From Vitrella brassicaformis CCMP3155 (lineage: Eukaryota > Protista > Chromerida): 64,000 nt of DNA. The translations under genes were made by a program, and so were the position numbers. The stretch spans positions 186,001 to 250,000 of the forward strand of contig CDMY01000718.1 in assembly GCA_001179505.1 (NCBI GenBank). Reading direction: 5' to 3'. This document shows positions 26,308 through 38,780 of this stretch, piece after piece; the stretch's first letter is position 1, and every line of letters begins with the position of its first letter. The notes below the pieces were generated by a model. That model saw only the letters and a program-made list of their open reading frames with translations. It was not told where the DNA came from and ran no database searches.

Positions 26308-28270
26308 ATGGCGTCCCCGATACCCGTTGCTGCGGCGGATCTTGACAGCCTCATGCAGACACAACGCGCAGCGCCGATAGCCTCGCCGCACGGCTAGCTG
26401 AGGCTGTTCAAGAGGGCGCTGATGCTGGCAAGAAGCTGGTCGACGGCATCCGCTCGACAGTGAGGCGCCGAGGCGGCACTCTGTTCATGCGCAGCGATGA
26501 GGAAATCGCCGCCCAGAGGCCCGAGATGCGTCTCAATGTGGGAGGCTTCGACGACCTGGTCATCCCTACCAACGTGCTGCTGATGCCCGGCATGAAGGGG
26601 ACCTATCTCTCCCTCGTCATGCTGCACCACATGGACGCCCTCCCCGCCGCTCCCGACACCACCCCCACACAAGACGGCCGCAGAGACCACTGCCCGTTTC
26701 TCGACGCGTCTTCGGCGTTCGGCAGATGGCTCAAACGGCGCGTCAAAAGGGCAGCGGAGAAGGGCAGATTCGAGAGCGACCTGACTGATGCGGAGAAAGA
26801 CGACGAGTCCATCCGCTTCTACCACCACCAGCTGTTCGACCACAGCATGGCCATCGTCGAAGAAGAACTTGAAGAGGCGGACCAATTCAAGATCACAATC
26901 ATCGCGCCCACAGCTCCATGCGACGGCAAGCTGCTGCCCGCTCTTCCCTTCCATGACCGCCCCCTGCCGGTTTGCATCAAAAATGGGGGCAGGACATCGG
27001 CGCGGGGTCTGTCGCAGACGCCTACAAGAGCGCCTTGGATCGTCTAGAGCGCATCGACGAGGCAGTGACGACATTCTATATGGCTGTTGACCCGTTCCTG
27101 CAGACGGGGGGTGTGGGCGAGGTGGTGGGCGTGCATCTCGTGGAGTCAGGCAGTCGGGTGGCGACGGTTGAGGCCACACTCACGCAGCAGCACATCGACC
27201 AGGCGCTCCACCACCGATTCACCATGTATGCAGACGACAAGAGACAAGGGCGACAGGCGCTCACTCTTGGTTTGGGTGTGTTCAGGTGGTGTCCGGAGGT
27301 GCGCGACACGCCTGACCATCTGTTCGAGTCGGCCGTTGACCTCGCGCGGCGACAGCGTCTGGCCTGGCGCGGCGCAAGCATCTGCCCTCCCGGCGACGGC
27401 CGAGACCCCGCCATCAACCAGGTGTTGGAGCAGTGCGGCATGGCTCCTGTGCCCTTCTGCAAGCCCCTCGACGGCCCGCCCTTCGCCAAGCACTCGTTCG
27501 TCACGTCGCCGGATCAGTATCAGGCGCTCGTCGACATGATCGGCAAGACGCAGCCGAAACTTAAGCTACTGTATAGGTAGGTGAGCAGGGACCGGGTGCA
27601 CGCACTGGTCCATGTGCAGCCTCCACTTTAATGTGTGTGCGTGTGTGTGTCTGGTGCATTGCGTGCAGGGCGTCGGTCGACGGATGGCGGTTTGCGGACC
27701 TGCTCCGGTGCGTGGGCAGCGCCAGTGGCCTCCTGTTCATCATCCGCGCACGGGGCCCTTCCGATTTCGCGTGCTACATCGGGTGCGACCTGCTGTGCGG
27801 CGATCCCAAGGGGACCAAGGAGGCCAAGTGCCCCGTGTGGTTCAGCACGCTCACGTACCACGAGCTGTACCGCCAGCCGACACGAATCGACATCCGCCCG
27901 CATCGGCGAGTGGTCGAGGTGGCCGGCGTCGACGGCTGGGTCGCCAACTGCGCAAAGGTGAGTGGAGAGGAGAAGGGGGCAAATTGTGAGTGTAGGCAGG
28001 CAGTGTGTCGTGTGTCTGGTGGATTGCATGCAGGTGTGGATCGGCGGTGGGGATCTGATGCTCGGGTACACGAGCCACACGGCGTCGCCATGCGCCCCCC
28101 TGCCCGACCTGCGCAGGGGCCGACTGAGAATCCTGGCTGACAAGACGCCTGGGGTGCGCCTGCATCTTGGGGGCTCGGCGTTCGAGTTCACCGACGAGTG
28201 GGGCAATGTGCTGCTCACTGGGAGCAAGGAGTTCACTGCTGTCGAGATGGAAGTAGTCCATGTTACGTGA
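26308..28270 (+). pseudogene. BTB/POZ-like + TLDc gene interrupted by two frameshifts (pseudogene or assembly errors)
   Basis: The product is split over three frames with no usable intron: MASPIPVAAADLDSLMQT / TRSADSLAARL...RLNVGG...LD...F / LHQKWGQDIG...KLKLLYR. Spliced TLDc exons follow (RASVDG...FACYIG...LTGSKEFTAVEMEV). Confidence 0.6.
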
Positions 28271-28714
28271 GTGGCAAGTAGTAGAGTGCGTGGCGTGTCC
28301 GGATCGTTCGTTTTTGGTTGCTTAGTTGCTTAGTGGGTCGGGCGCTGTATTGGTGTGATTGGTGTGATGTGTGTAGCACAAGGCTTCAAGGGTCGACATG
28401 GACAGACGCAGTCATTCCCACAACCGTTCGCACACACAGAGACAGTATCCTAGCCAATAGTCAGTGACGCTATCATCAGACGACCAGCAGCCTCTCAACA
28501 CAAACATGTGCTGCTGTTCTCCCAAGCGTCATCGCACCATAGGCTCATGGAGCGAGGTACACGACGTTTTGACTCGCCCACTTCAGCGAAAGAATTGACC
28601 GACAAAAGCCAGCCTCGTCGCATCACTTTTGTCAGCAGTAGCTACCAGTACCTAACACTAACAAAACCTAAAGAGCTACTCGTGGATGCATGACAGACAC
28701 AGACAAGACAGTGC

Positions 28715-30050
28715 TCACACCAGGCAGAGCACTTCCAGCTCATCAGCCAGGAACCTCGTGTGGCTGCCAGAAAAACCAGCAGTGCATGGGAAGAGATCTG
28801 GCTCATATACATGCCCCCGATAGCCCGTAGGCAGTTCACGCACATCGATACCCTGACAGCAGAAGCGCATGTCGGCAGAAAAACGCATGTCGGTCTCGGA
28901 ATAACCCAGACACAGAAACGAGAACTTTGTATACCCCTGACTGCCCTCGATACTGATGTTCCCACAAATTTCCCCTGCCCCTTCACTGCCGGCTACATAC
29001 ACGTGCGCCTGAGGTACCTCGACCTTCGTGGGCGTGTCGAAGTTGCCGGCGAGGCAGAATTGCCACCCACCGCACTCGTACCTGTTGTAGAGCATCGGAG
29101 CATCTGGCAGCTTGATGCCCTCGCTGATGTAGGCGCCGAAGACGTACTGATTCTTGCGCACGACGAACACGAGGCCCTTGGTGCTGCCCACGCACCGAAG
29201 TAGATCGCCATACGACGGGCCATCGTGTGTGGAGCTGAAAGGGAAACACACAAGGAGAGAGAGATTAGGCTGGCGGTGGGCCGAGGGGGCGGGGGGTGAA
29301 TGTGCATACCGGTAGAGCAGCCGAAGCCGTTTGTTGGGCGTCCCGACCCACTGGCAGATGAACATCTCGTACACCCTGGCCACCGTGCTGCCATCTACCG
29401 CCGTCTGCGCAACACACACACACACACACACGCACACAAAGGGACACATGACAAACACGATGTACGCGAGTTCAGGACAAGGCAGGTCGCTCACCGTCAG
29501 CTGGGCGTGCAGTCGGAGGCGCATCGAGTCGAATGTGGCCGTCATGTCCATGTCCCGCGTCAGGTCGCACATCTGCGCCAGCTGCATGACCTCATTTGCC
29601 GTGAGCGACCACGCAGCGCTGACACACTTGTGCAAGAGAACCAGCTGCCCCCTACACACAAGAGCCCCCCAGTGGCATACGGGCCATATACGTGTGTGTA
29701 CGAGTGTCTGCCTACCCTGCTGCTCGTGGTCTTCGACTGCTGTTGCCAGTGGGTAGTTCTTGGGCACATCATCATCGTCGGGAGTCGTCACCCTGACCCA
29801 AAGGCACATGCACATCCACACAGCGGATGGGGCGTGAAATGCGTTGTCTGTGATATCGCCGTACCGAGAGAAGAGGAGAGCTCAGGGGAGAGATGGATGC
29901 CTCTACATTCTCACTTCGGCTCGGTGCAGTACGAGTGACCTGATCAGATCCACAGAGCAAACACACCAGTTGGTCAGCAGACCTGATCAACCAGCACAGA
30001 TCTGCCTCTCACGTACTTACCGCATCTGAGTTGGAGAGGCTGACGATACT
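28715..30050 (-). CDS. TLDc-domain protein
   Basis: RLRLLYR|STHDGPSYGDLLRCVGSTKGLVFVVRKNQYVFGAYISEG...FSGSHTRFLADELEV*. The 5' exons are approximate. Confidence 0.75.
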
Positions 30051-30175
30051 CCGCTGCTGGTGATGAATGCGTCGCTGGAATGATGCAAGGCAGGTTCGCG
30101 ACTTCTGCGAGCTTTAACGCCTGGCACAAACGGCAGGCAGCCTCTTTCTTTCGAGCCCCTTCCGTCGCTGAGATC

Positions 30176-30928
30176 ATGCCGTGTCCTTTCCTCTCCGTCG
30201 CCGCCCTCCTGGCCATTTTTCAGGTCGCCTCATGCCAGATTCGTGGCCCTGCAGATGTCACTGCCGAGGAGCCCGCCGCCGCGCACAAGCGAGAGCTGCA
30301 GTCCAACTCGTACCCCAACTTCATCGACGAGCCCTTCGCCACTGCGCACGAGGCCCACGCTGCGTGGCCGCGTGACCTCAAGGTGATGCCGCTCAAGGAC
30401 GAGGCGATGGAGGCCGAGATAGCCCGCATCGTGGGCAACATGACGCTGGAGGCCAAGATAGCACAGATGGTGATGGTGGCGGCGCCCGACCAGGACGTCG
30501 AGGGCATCACTGCAGAGCGGGGCTACAGCCTGGGCAACCTACTCAGCGGACCTGGTGGGTGGGCGNNNNNNNNNNNNNNNNNNNNNNNNNNNNNNNNNNN
30601 NNNNNNNNNNNNNNNNNNNNNNNNNNNNNNNNNNNNNNNNNNNNNNNNNNNNNNNNNNNNNNNNNNNNNNNNNNNNNNNNNNNNNNNNNNNNNNNNNNNN
30701 NNNNNNNNNNNNNNNNNNNNNNNNNNNNNNNNNNNNNNNNNNNNNNNNNNNNNNNNNNNNNNNNNNNNNNNNNNNNNNNNNNNNNNNNNNNNNNNNNNNN
30801 NNNNNNNNNNNNNNNNNNNNNNNNNNNNNNNNNNNNNNNNNNNNNNNNNNNNNNNNNNNNNNNNNGGTGGGTGGGGCACCGAAGGGAGGAGTGAGGGAGG
30901 GAAGCTGCAATCATGGTGCGTATGTGTC

Positions 30929-30960
<32 letters not shown>

Positions 30961-33207
30961 ATTGCCAGGTGCCCATGTTGGCACCCACCAGCCCGAAGAG
31001 TGGACAGCCCAAGCAAACGTGTACTTCGAGAGTGCAGCTGAGCAAGGGGACGTCAGGATCCCCTACCTCTGGGGCATGGGTACGAGGGCACGCACAAACA
31101 GACACATGATGACGGCATCCACACGGTGCTTGTGTTTTTTGTCGTGTGCAGACGCCATTCACGGTCACAACAACCAGTAAGCCTTTGGCAAGCAACAGCC
31201 ACAACAAGACCAACCAAACACACTCACACACACGTGTCTGTGTGCAGGCCGACGGGCACCGTCTTTCCTCACAACATCGGCCTTGGCGCTGCCAACGACA
31301 CCGACCTCATGAAGAGGTAAGCGGCCACCAGACACACGAGAATGTGACACGTGTGTCGTGCTGCAGGATTGGCGAGATCACTGCCATCGAGGTGGCCCTC
31401 ACCGGCGTCGACTGGGCCTTTGCCCCGTGTGTGGCCAACCCCCAGAACCTCAGATGGGGCCGCGTGTACGAGGGATACTCGGCCGACATGGGCACCATCC
31501 GACGCCTCTCAGTGGCCATGATCAAGGGCCTGCAGGGCGATGTCTCAGAGGACGGCGGCAAGAGCTATCTTGACGCGCGGCACGTCATGGCCTCGGCCAA
31601 GCACTGGATCGCCGAGGGGGCGACTGAGGAGGGTATCGACGCCGCGGACACATTCCTGGACGAGGAGGACCTCATCAACGAGCACGCTCTGCCTTATTTC
31701 GATGCCATTGAAGCGGGGGTTGGCTCCATCATGGTCAGCCAGACGCAGTCGTCTACGCACAGGCGTGTGCAATGGTGCATCTTCCGTCCTTGTTTGTGTC
31801 TGGTTGATTTGTGCAGATCAGTTTCTCGCGCGTCAACGGCACCAAGATGCACGGCCATCAGTACCTGATCCAGAGCGTCTTAAAGGACACCCTCGGCTTT
31901 GACGGCATCGTGGTGAGCGACTTCAACGGCCACCAGTTCGTGCTGGGCTGCGACGTCTTCTCATGCCCACAATCCGTCAATGCAGGTATGCAGACAGGAC
32001 AGGCTCACATACACAGAACGAGACACGCCCACATACGTGTGTCCCGTGTGTGGGTCCTGCAGGCATTGACGTGTACATGCTCGCGTGGGGCGAGGACTGG
32101 TCCATCTGGCTCCAAAACACAGCCTCCCAAGTGCGCGACGGCACCATCCCCGAGTCCCGTATCGATGACGCCGCCACACGTGTCATCCGCCTCAAGGCGC
32201 GCATGGGAATGATCCCCACCATCAAAACACCTAACGGCCCAAGACCAACCCCCTCAGAGAGAGCCGCCGTCCTCACAGAAGAAGGTCAGCACCATCACAC
32301 CGACAGCAAGTGTTCCTATATGGTTGTGTTATCTCACCCACCTGCAGGTCATTCCCTGGGCGCGCCGGAGCACCGTGCCGTTGCGCGTGAGGCCGTGCAG
32401 AAGTCGCTTGTGATGCTCAAGAACAACGACAACGTCCTGCCTCTCAGCACCGATATGCGCATCCTGGTTGCCGGCCGGGCCGGCGACAACATCGCTCTGC
32501 AGTGTGGTGGCTGGACGGTCGACTGGCAGGGGTCTGTGGAGAACACAAACGAGGTCTTCGGCGACGCGACCAGCATCTTGGGCGGCATCAAGGAGAAGAA
32601 CATCACCGTGGACTTTTCCTACAACCTCGACCCCGCAGACACCAACGGCACCTATGACGCCGTCATTGTGGTCGTCGCCGAAAACCCCTACGCCGAGGTG
32701 GCGGGAGACATCCGGATCAACCAGACTATCTCCTTTGTCCACATCGGTGGCGAGAGCGACAACTGGTTCGACCTTGAGGTCCTCTCACAGGCGAGGGCGA
32801 AGTTCCCCGACATCCCCCTGATCACCGTCATGCTCACCGGCCGGCCACTGTACTCCAACCAGATCATCAACCTTTCGGACGGCTTCGTCGTGGCGTGGCT
32901 GCCGGGCAGCGAGGGCGGGGGCGTTGCGGACGTCTTGTTTGGCGAGAAGAACATGACGGGACGGCTGCCGTTTGACTGGCCGACGGACCCATGCGACGCC
33001 AGCACCAACAGCGGACACTACGGCGGCATCTGGCACATCGGTGGTGGCCTCCCGTACGGCTACAACCGGACGATGAAGGAGCTGCCTGAGCACCCTGTCG
33101 ATAAGTACTTCACGTGCATGAAGTTCAAGAGCGATCTGATCCACTACACGACGCCAGCGCCGGTCGATGTCGGAGAAGAGGAGAATCCAGAGCTGCAGGA
33201 GGCATGA
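30176..33207 (+). CDS. Glycoside hydrolase family 3 beta-glucosidase/exo-beta-glucanase, secreted
   Basis: Signal peptide, MTLEAKIAQM, DAIHGHNN, VFPHNIGLGAA, RWGRVYEGYS, AKHWIAEG, LGFDGIVVSDF (catalytic Asp), AREAVQKSLVMLKN, QCGGWTVDWQG, AWLPGSEGGGVADVLFG...GRLPFDWP. Confidence 0.95.
30566..30865. other. Assembly gap (300 N) inside first GH3 intron
   Basis: Run of N seen directly. Confidence 0.99.
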
Positions 33208-34570
33208 TGCAGCCCGGGATGGGGAGGGGGGAAGTGGGCGTGTGGGTGGAAGGGATGCCATCATCTTTGTTGAGGGTTGGTTGGTTGATTGGTTGCAGAG
33301 GCCATGTCATGTATCAGCTGCTGCGCTGAGTGTATGCGTGTATGCGTGTGTGCATGAACCAATGTGCATGTGCGTGTGCGAGTGTACATACCTGATAATT
33401 ATATGCATGGCGCTGCGCCTGAGGCTGGCTGGGAAGGATCAGGGACGGACGGATGGGTGCGGATGTCGATCGATGCGATGCTGCTGTCGATACGATGAGA
33501 TGGATAAGTCCTGCATGTGCATATGGCCGTGTCGGAAAAGGTGAAGATGAGACAGGACAGAGGCAGGGAGAGACAGAGAGAGAGAGACAGAGACAGAGAG
33601 AGAGGGGGGGGGGAGGGAAGCATGGTTTCAGGGTTCTAGGAGCGGGCGCAAGCAAGCTCTTATTTGCTGAATTTTGGTGCGCTTTTCTGCATACAAAGAC
33701 CATGTGGCTGCATGTGTGTGCGCTTCATATAAACGTGCGGCTGGCGTGTCTGTGTCGCTGAGCTTGCGAATGGGTGAGTGAGGATGAAATATCATGCTTC
33801 TCTTCGGCTGGTCGACATTCTATGCATCTCCACGCACATGCACACGCACGGGGAATGTCTACTGACTGATGGTGCGTCCCCTTGTCGACCGGCTATTTTA
33901 TTCTGTGTATCGTCCGTCGGTCATCTTTAATTTTACTAGACGACGACAGACAGACAGACAGACAGAGAGGCACCGTACACAGGCCTAATTTGGATGCGCA
34001 TTCTGCTTTGGGATGGTAATGGTGGTGTCGGGAGAGGGGAGGGGGAGATGGTGCAAGGGATGGATGGATGTGGGGGTTGGTTGCGTACTACTCGCTCGAG
34101 TATGGAGGGCTGTTAGTGAAAGGCTAGTGGACCTTTTCTATATCGACCGCACATCGCAGATCGCATCCATCATGCACAGAGAAGAGGCACGTGTAGCAGT
34201 AGACATCCATTTGGTGGAGTACGTGAGTGGGTGGGTGGGTGGAACAGGTCCGTGGGTGAGTGAGTGGATGGCATTGCGTGGATGGATGGATGGATGGATG
34301 ACCGGACTGCATTTGTGGTGACGACTCATCAATCGCAAGCATACAAAGAATTTGCGTCCTCTCCGCCTCTCACTCCCTCCTTCACATCCTGGCCAGCCCA
34401 GCTCGCACCTTGCGACCCGCTTTTCCTTGTTTCCGCGGCCTTCTCATCTTGACCGACAACCACCCAGGAAGAAGGAAGGCATCAAGCTCTTGAGTATGGA
34501 AGATCTGACGTGTCTATGATCTTGCTGGTGCCGCTGTGCTCAGGCTCCTCCTCGCGTAGATCTGTAGATC

Positions 34571-37500
34571 ATGGCAAGCGCCCCTGCCGGCCGCTCTCCG
34601 TCAGTCAAGAAGAAAGGGGAGCCGGACGCTGCTGCTGCCGCCCATGAGTCGTCTGTCAAGAAGGAGGAGGATATGACGGGTCCTGGTGCGCAGCAGCCAG
34701 CGCACAGCAGCCGTCGTGGTGGGCGAGATGAAGGCCGCCATAGTCAGGGCGTCGAGGAGCGGTCCGGCGAAGTGCGGGAGGGAGCGGGAGAGGGAAGGGC
34801 GGAGAGCCGCCATGGAGAGTCCAACGATGGAAGAGGTGAGTTCGGGAGAGATATGAGGGGCACAGAATGGCTCTGTAAAGTGTGTGTGGTGTTTGTGTGT
34901 CAGGTGTGGGTGACGGTGATGAGGACATGAGTGGGTCACTGTTCTGTAGTGATCGTCGTGCGGGGCGTGCTGCCAGGCAGAAGGTGGCCAAGCTGAGCAA
35001 GAGGGCGACCAAGGACGATGAGGAGGATGAGGAGGATGACGACTATGAGGACGACGACGACGACAGCTCTTCCAGCGGGGAGGACGATGACTGTGACGCA
35101 CAGGAGGTGACTTAGATATATGACACTCACCGCGGCGCCGTCAGTCGCCACGCCTCTTTGTGTGTGCGTGTGTGTCATTTTCTTCAGGTCAAGGACCGCT
35201 CACCCTCCCATTCACCCGGCGCGTACAAGCAGAAGATCAAACGCCAGCGTACTGGTGCGACAGCAGACAGACAGCACAACACGCCACAGCACGCTTGGCT
35301 AGTGCGCACGCTCTCTGTGCTGTCTGTGTCGGCAGCTATGCGGCGTGCTCTGCAGGAATTCCTCGACAAGCTCAGGGACAAGCTGGGTGTGGAACGTGGT
35401 CTGGGCATCCACGTGGCAGATACGCGCAGGAAGAGGCCGGCCCTCCGCATCAGGCTGGAGCGCAAGAAAGTGACAGTGTGCGACGAGCACGTCAGCGTTG
35501 AGGAGGGCCACACCGCCCGGGAGATGCGCAGGGCGGCGATTGAGTACCGCAACACCGAGTTCGAGAAGCACGGCGTCCCCCCCATCACCGGCTACGAGGA
35601 GCTGCTCGACGAGCACCCCTTCCCAGACGATGGCCAGGTGGACTGGGGAGGGAGGGAGGGAGGGAAAGAGGGAGGGAGGGAGGGAACACACTCCCGTCTC
35701 TGGTTTGTTCGTGTCAGGTGGAGCCACCCGCAGCAGCCGCAGCAGCAGCAGCAGCAGTGGCCCCTGCCGCTGCCGCCTATCCCCCGTCCCCCCGTCATCG
35801 TCGCAAGTGGAAGCAGAAGGGACCTGAGGACGGCGAAATCAACAAAAGGAGCAGCAAAGGTCGCCGGACAGGTATGGACACCGACGCGGTCGAGGAGGAT
35901 GGGGACGACTGCGAGGACGGCGAGGACAGCTCTTCCAGCGGGGGGGGCGATGACTGTGACGCACAGGAGGTGACTTAGATATATGACACTCACCGGCGGC
36001 GGCACGGTCAGTCGCCACGCCTCTTCGTGTGCGTGTGCGTGTGTGTGGCATTTCTTTCAGGCCATGGACCGCTCACCCACCCATTCACCCGACGCATCCA
36101 AGGAGGACATCCGACGCCAGCGTACTGGGGCGACTGACCATCAGCAGACAGCACACAGCACGTGTGGCTGGTGCACATGGTCTTTGTGCTGTCTGTGTCG
36201 GCAGCTATGCGGCGTACTCTGCAGAAGTTTCTCGACAAGCTCAAGGCCAAGCTGGGCATGGCAAGTGGTCTGGGCGTCACGGTAGCGAGCGCGTTGATGA
36301 AGCCGGCCCTCCGCATCAGGCTGCAGCGGGACGGAGCGACAGTGTGCGATGAGTACGTCGGCGTTGAGAAGGGCCACACCGCCCGGGAGATGTGCAGGGC
36401 GGCGATGGAGTATCGCAACACCAGATTCGAGAAGCACGGCGTCCCCCCCATCACCGGCTACGAGGAGCTGCTCAACGACTACCCCTTCCCAGACGATGGC
36501 CAGGTGGACTGGGGAGGGAGGGAGGGATGGATGGGTTTATTGTGGAAGAGGAAACACTCCCATCTCTGGTTTGTTCGTGTCAGGTTGAGCCACCTGCGGC
36601 AGCGGCACCTGCACCTGCAGCAGCAGCAGCAGCAGCAGCGGCCCCTGCCCCTGCCGCCTATCCCCCGTCCCCCCGTCGTGGCCGCAAGCGGAAGGGGCGT
36701 GAGGACCGCAAGAGCAGCAAGCGAAGCACCAAACGTCGCCGGACAGGTATGGACACACCGACGCACACGCAGAACAGGGAAAGGCGGCATTCTCGTCCTC
36801 TCTGATTCGTTTCCTTTAGATTCGGGTGCCGGTTCGTGGGACGAGCAGACGCCTCCCGTGTCTGCGCCCCCGCCCCCCACCAAGTCACACGGCCATGGTG
36901 CGCACACTGCTGACCACGGCAATGCGGCCCCCCTGGCGAGTGCGAGTGCGGCAGCGGCTGCTGCTGGTGGCGGTGGTGGTGGTGGGGCCCCTGATGTCGA
37001 CGACAAAACGATGGAGGGAGAGGGTGGCGGACAGGCAGGTGCCGGTGCTGTCGTCAAACAAGAGCGAGAGGGCCACGACAACAGTGGGGCTGGTGGCGGT
37101 GCCAATGGCGGCAGCCATGGGGGCGGGAGGGCGGTGGGGGATGCAGCGAATCCGATCGACCTGGACTCGGACAAAGACGGCAGCACCAAACAGGCGACCG
37201 GTCAACCAATGGGCGAGATGAGAGGGGGGCGGACAACAAGTGCACCCACATGTGGCGCGAGTGTGGTGTCAGGTCGTGTGTCGGCTGCTGCTGCCGCTGC
37301 GGCCACTCGTGGGGGCGTCAAGAAGGAGGAGAAGGGTCAGTCAGTCGGTCAACACACGACGGGTACATCGATGCGGCTGCTTGTGCGTCTGGTTTGACAC
37401 AGATGATGTGCCTCGGTTCAAGACGGTTGAGCTGTCGAGTCTGACCAACGACGACATAGTGGCGATATTCATGCAAGACGCGCGTCTGACGAACCTAGTG

Positions 37501-37830
37501 GACACTGCTAGGACGGTAGGTACCTTCACTTGCAAGACAGATGGATGGATGGATGGATGGCGGGCGTCACGGCCATGTCTGTGGCGCACAGGAGGAGTGG
37601 GATGGCGAGACCTTCGCTGAGGTATTAGAGACCGACAAGATGAACGTGCAAAAGGCCATCAACGAGGTGCTGGGCAACCGCATTACCACCGGCAAGGTCG
37701 CACGCATCGTCAGATGGCTCAAACGCATCGATCCAAACGCGGTCAGTCAGTACACACACACACACACAAGCAGCCACCAGGAGCGTTGTGTGATTGTTGC
37801 GCACAGGTGCAGGTGCCCCTTTCGACGTAG
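34571..37830 (+). CDS. Putative nuclear protein: acidic tracts, two AP2-like domains, C-terminal SAM-like domain
   Basis: A duplicated exon (~35340-35640 and ~36205-36505) reads GLGIHV...LRIRL...VSVEEGHTAREMRRAAIEYRN, resembling the ApiAP2 beta-beta-beta-alpha signature. The C-terminal LSSLTNDDIVAIF...EEWDGETFAEV...ITTGKVARIVRWL is SAM-like. Domain calls are by pattern only. Confidence 0.6.
35040..36770 (+). repeat. Intragenic tandem duplication, unit ~860 bp including introns
   Basis: cagctcttccagcggg...gactgtgacgcacaggaggtgacttagatatatgacactcacc occurs at ~35065 and ~35927. Downstream exons and introns are colinear. Confidence 0.9.
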
Positions 37831-38780
37831 ACGATAGCTGCAGATGCGCATCCAGACCACTGCATCAATCAAGTGAGAATGTACGCACACACACAACACG
37901 ACACTCACAGCTACACACATGGTCGCGGCCGTCTTCGATCGTGTGTGTGCAGGTGGTATCTTGTCTGTTCGAGGGCTGACGATGTAGCGATAGCGGTTTT
38001 CGGTCTTCAGGGGTCCGAGTGGGTGGGGTGGTATGCCGGCTGCTGTGCATAGGTCTGTCTCTCTCTTGTGTATGTGACCTACAAGACGTTTCTGCACATA
38101 TGCTGCAGTTTTGCCGGTGAGAGGGCGCATTGAGTGTGTCAACAGATAGGGCCGCGTCGGGTGTACCTTCACTGTGCATAGGCGTGTTACATGTGAAGAT
38201 TGGACAGCGAGCTGCAGTCAATGGCATCCATCCCATACCCATCCACGAGGGGCACAGAGAAGAATCAGTGCAATTGAGGAGCATCATCAATGAACCAAAT
38301 CTTGCCTTTTCGTAACTTGCCTGTTTCCGACAGCCCTACTGCCTCACCCTGAGGCTCTCAGGTCCAGGGGAAACCGCCTGGAAGGCTTCGGAAAGGGCCG
38401 ATCGAGTGAGGATCGAATTGTCGTCGGTTTCCAAACTGGCAAATTCAATTCCTAAACTGCTTGACTGAATTAATGCTATGTGTGTTGAGGAAGCATATCA
38501 TGAAAGAAACGGCTCAAAAGGGCCTGCAGAAACCATCCGCTTCACTTCAAAGCTCGCATCTCGCTAGTGCGTCCATCCTTCTTTGTTTCTTTGTGTTGCA
38601 GCTCGTGTGAAGCCAACTCTGTGACGCCATACCAAGCATCGAAAGATCTGCAATAATCGCCGAAGGTACACTTACATGAACGCAACGTCATTCGTTCGCT
38701 GACCGCTCTGCCAACAACACAGTAGAGTGGCAGGTAGAGCAGCGGAGGTTTCTTCCTTTCTCGTCGGGCTTGGATCAGCC

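Noticed and set aside
26950-27000. Programmed -1 ribosomal frameshift in the BTB-TLDc gene
   Set aside because: There is no canonical X XXY YYZ heptamer, and a second independent frameshift lies upstream. Decay or sequencing error is simpler.
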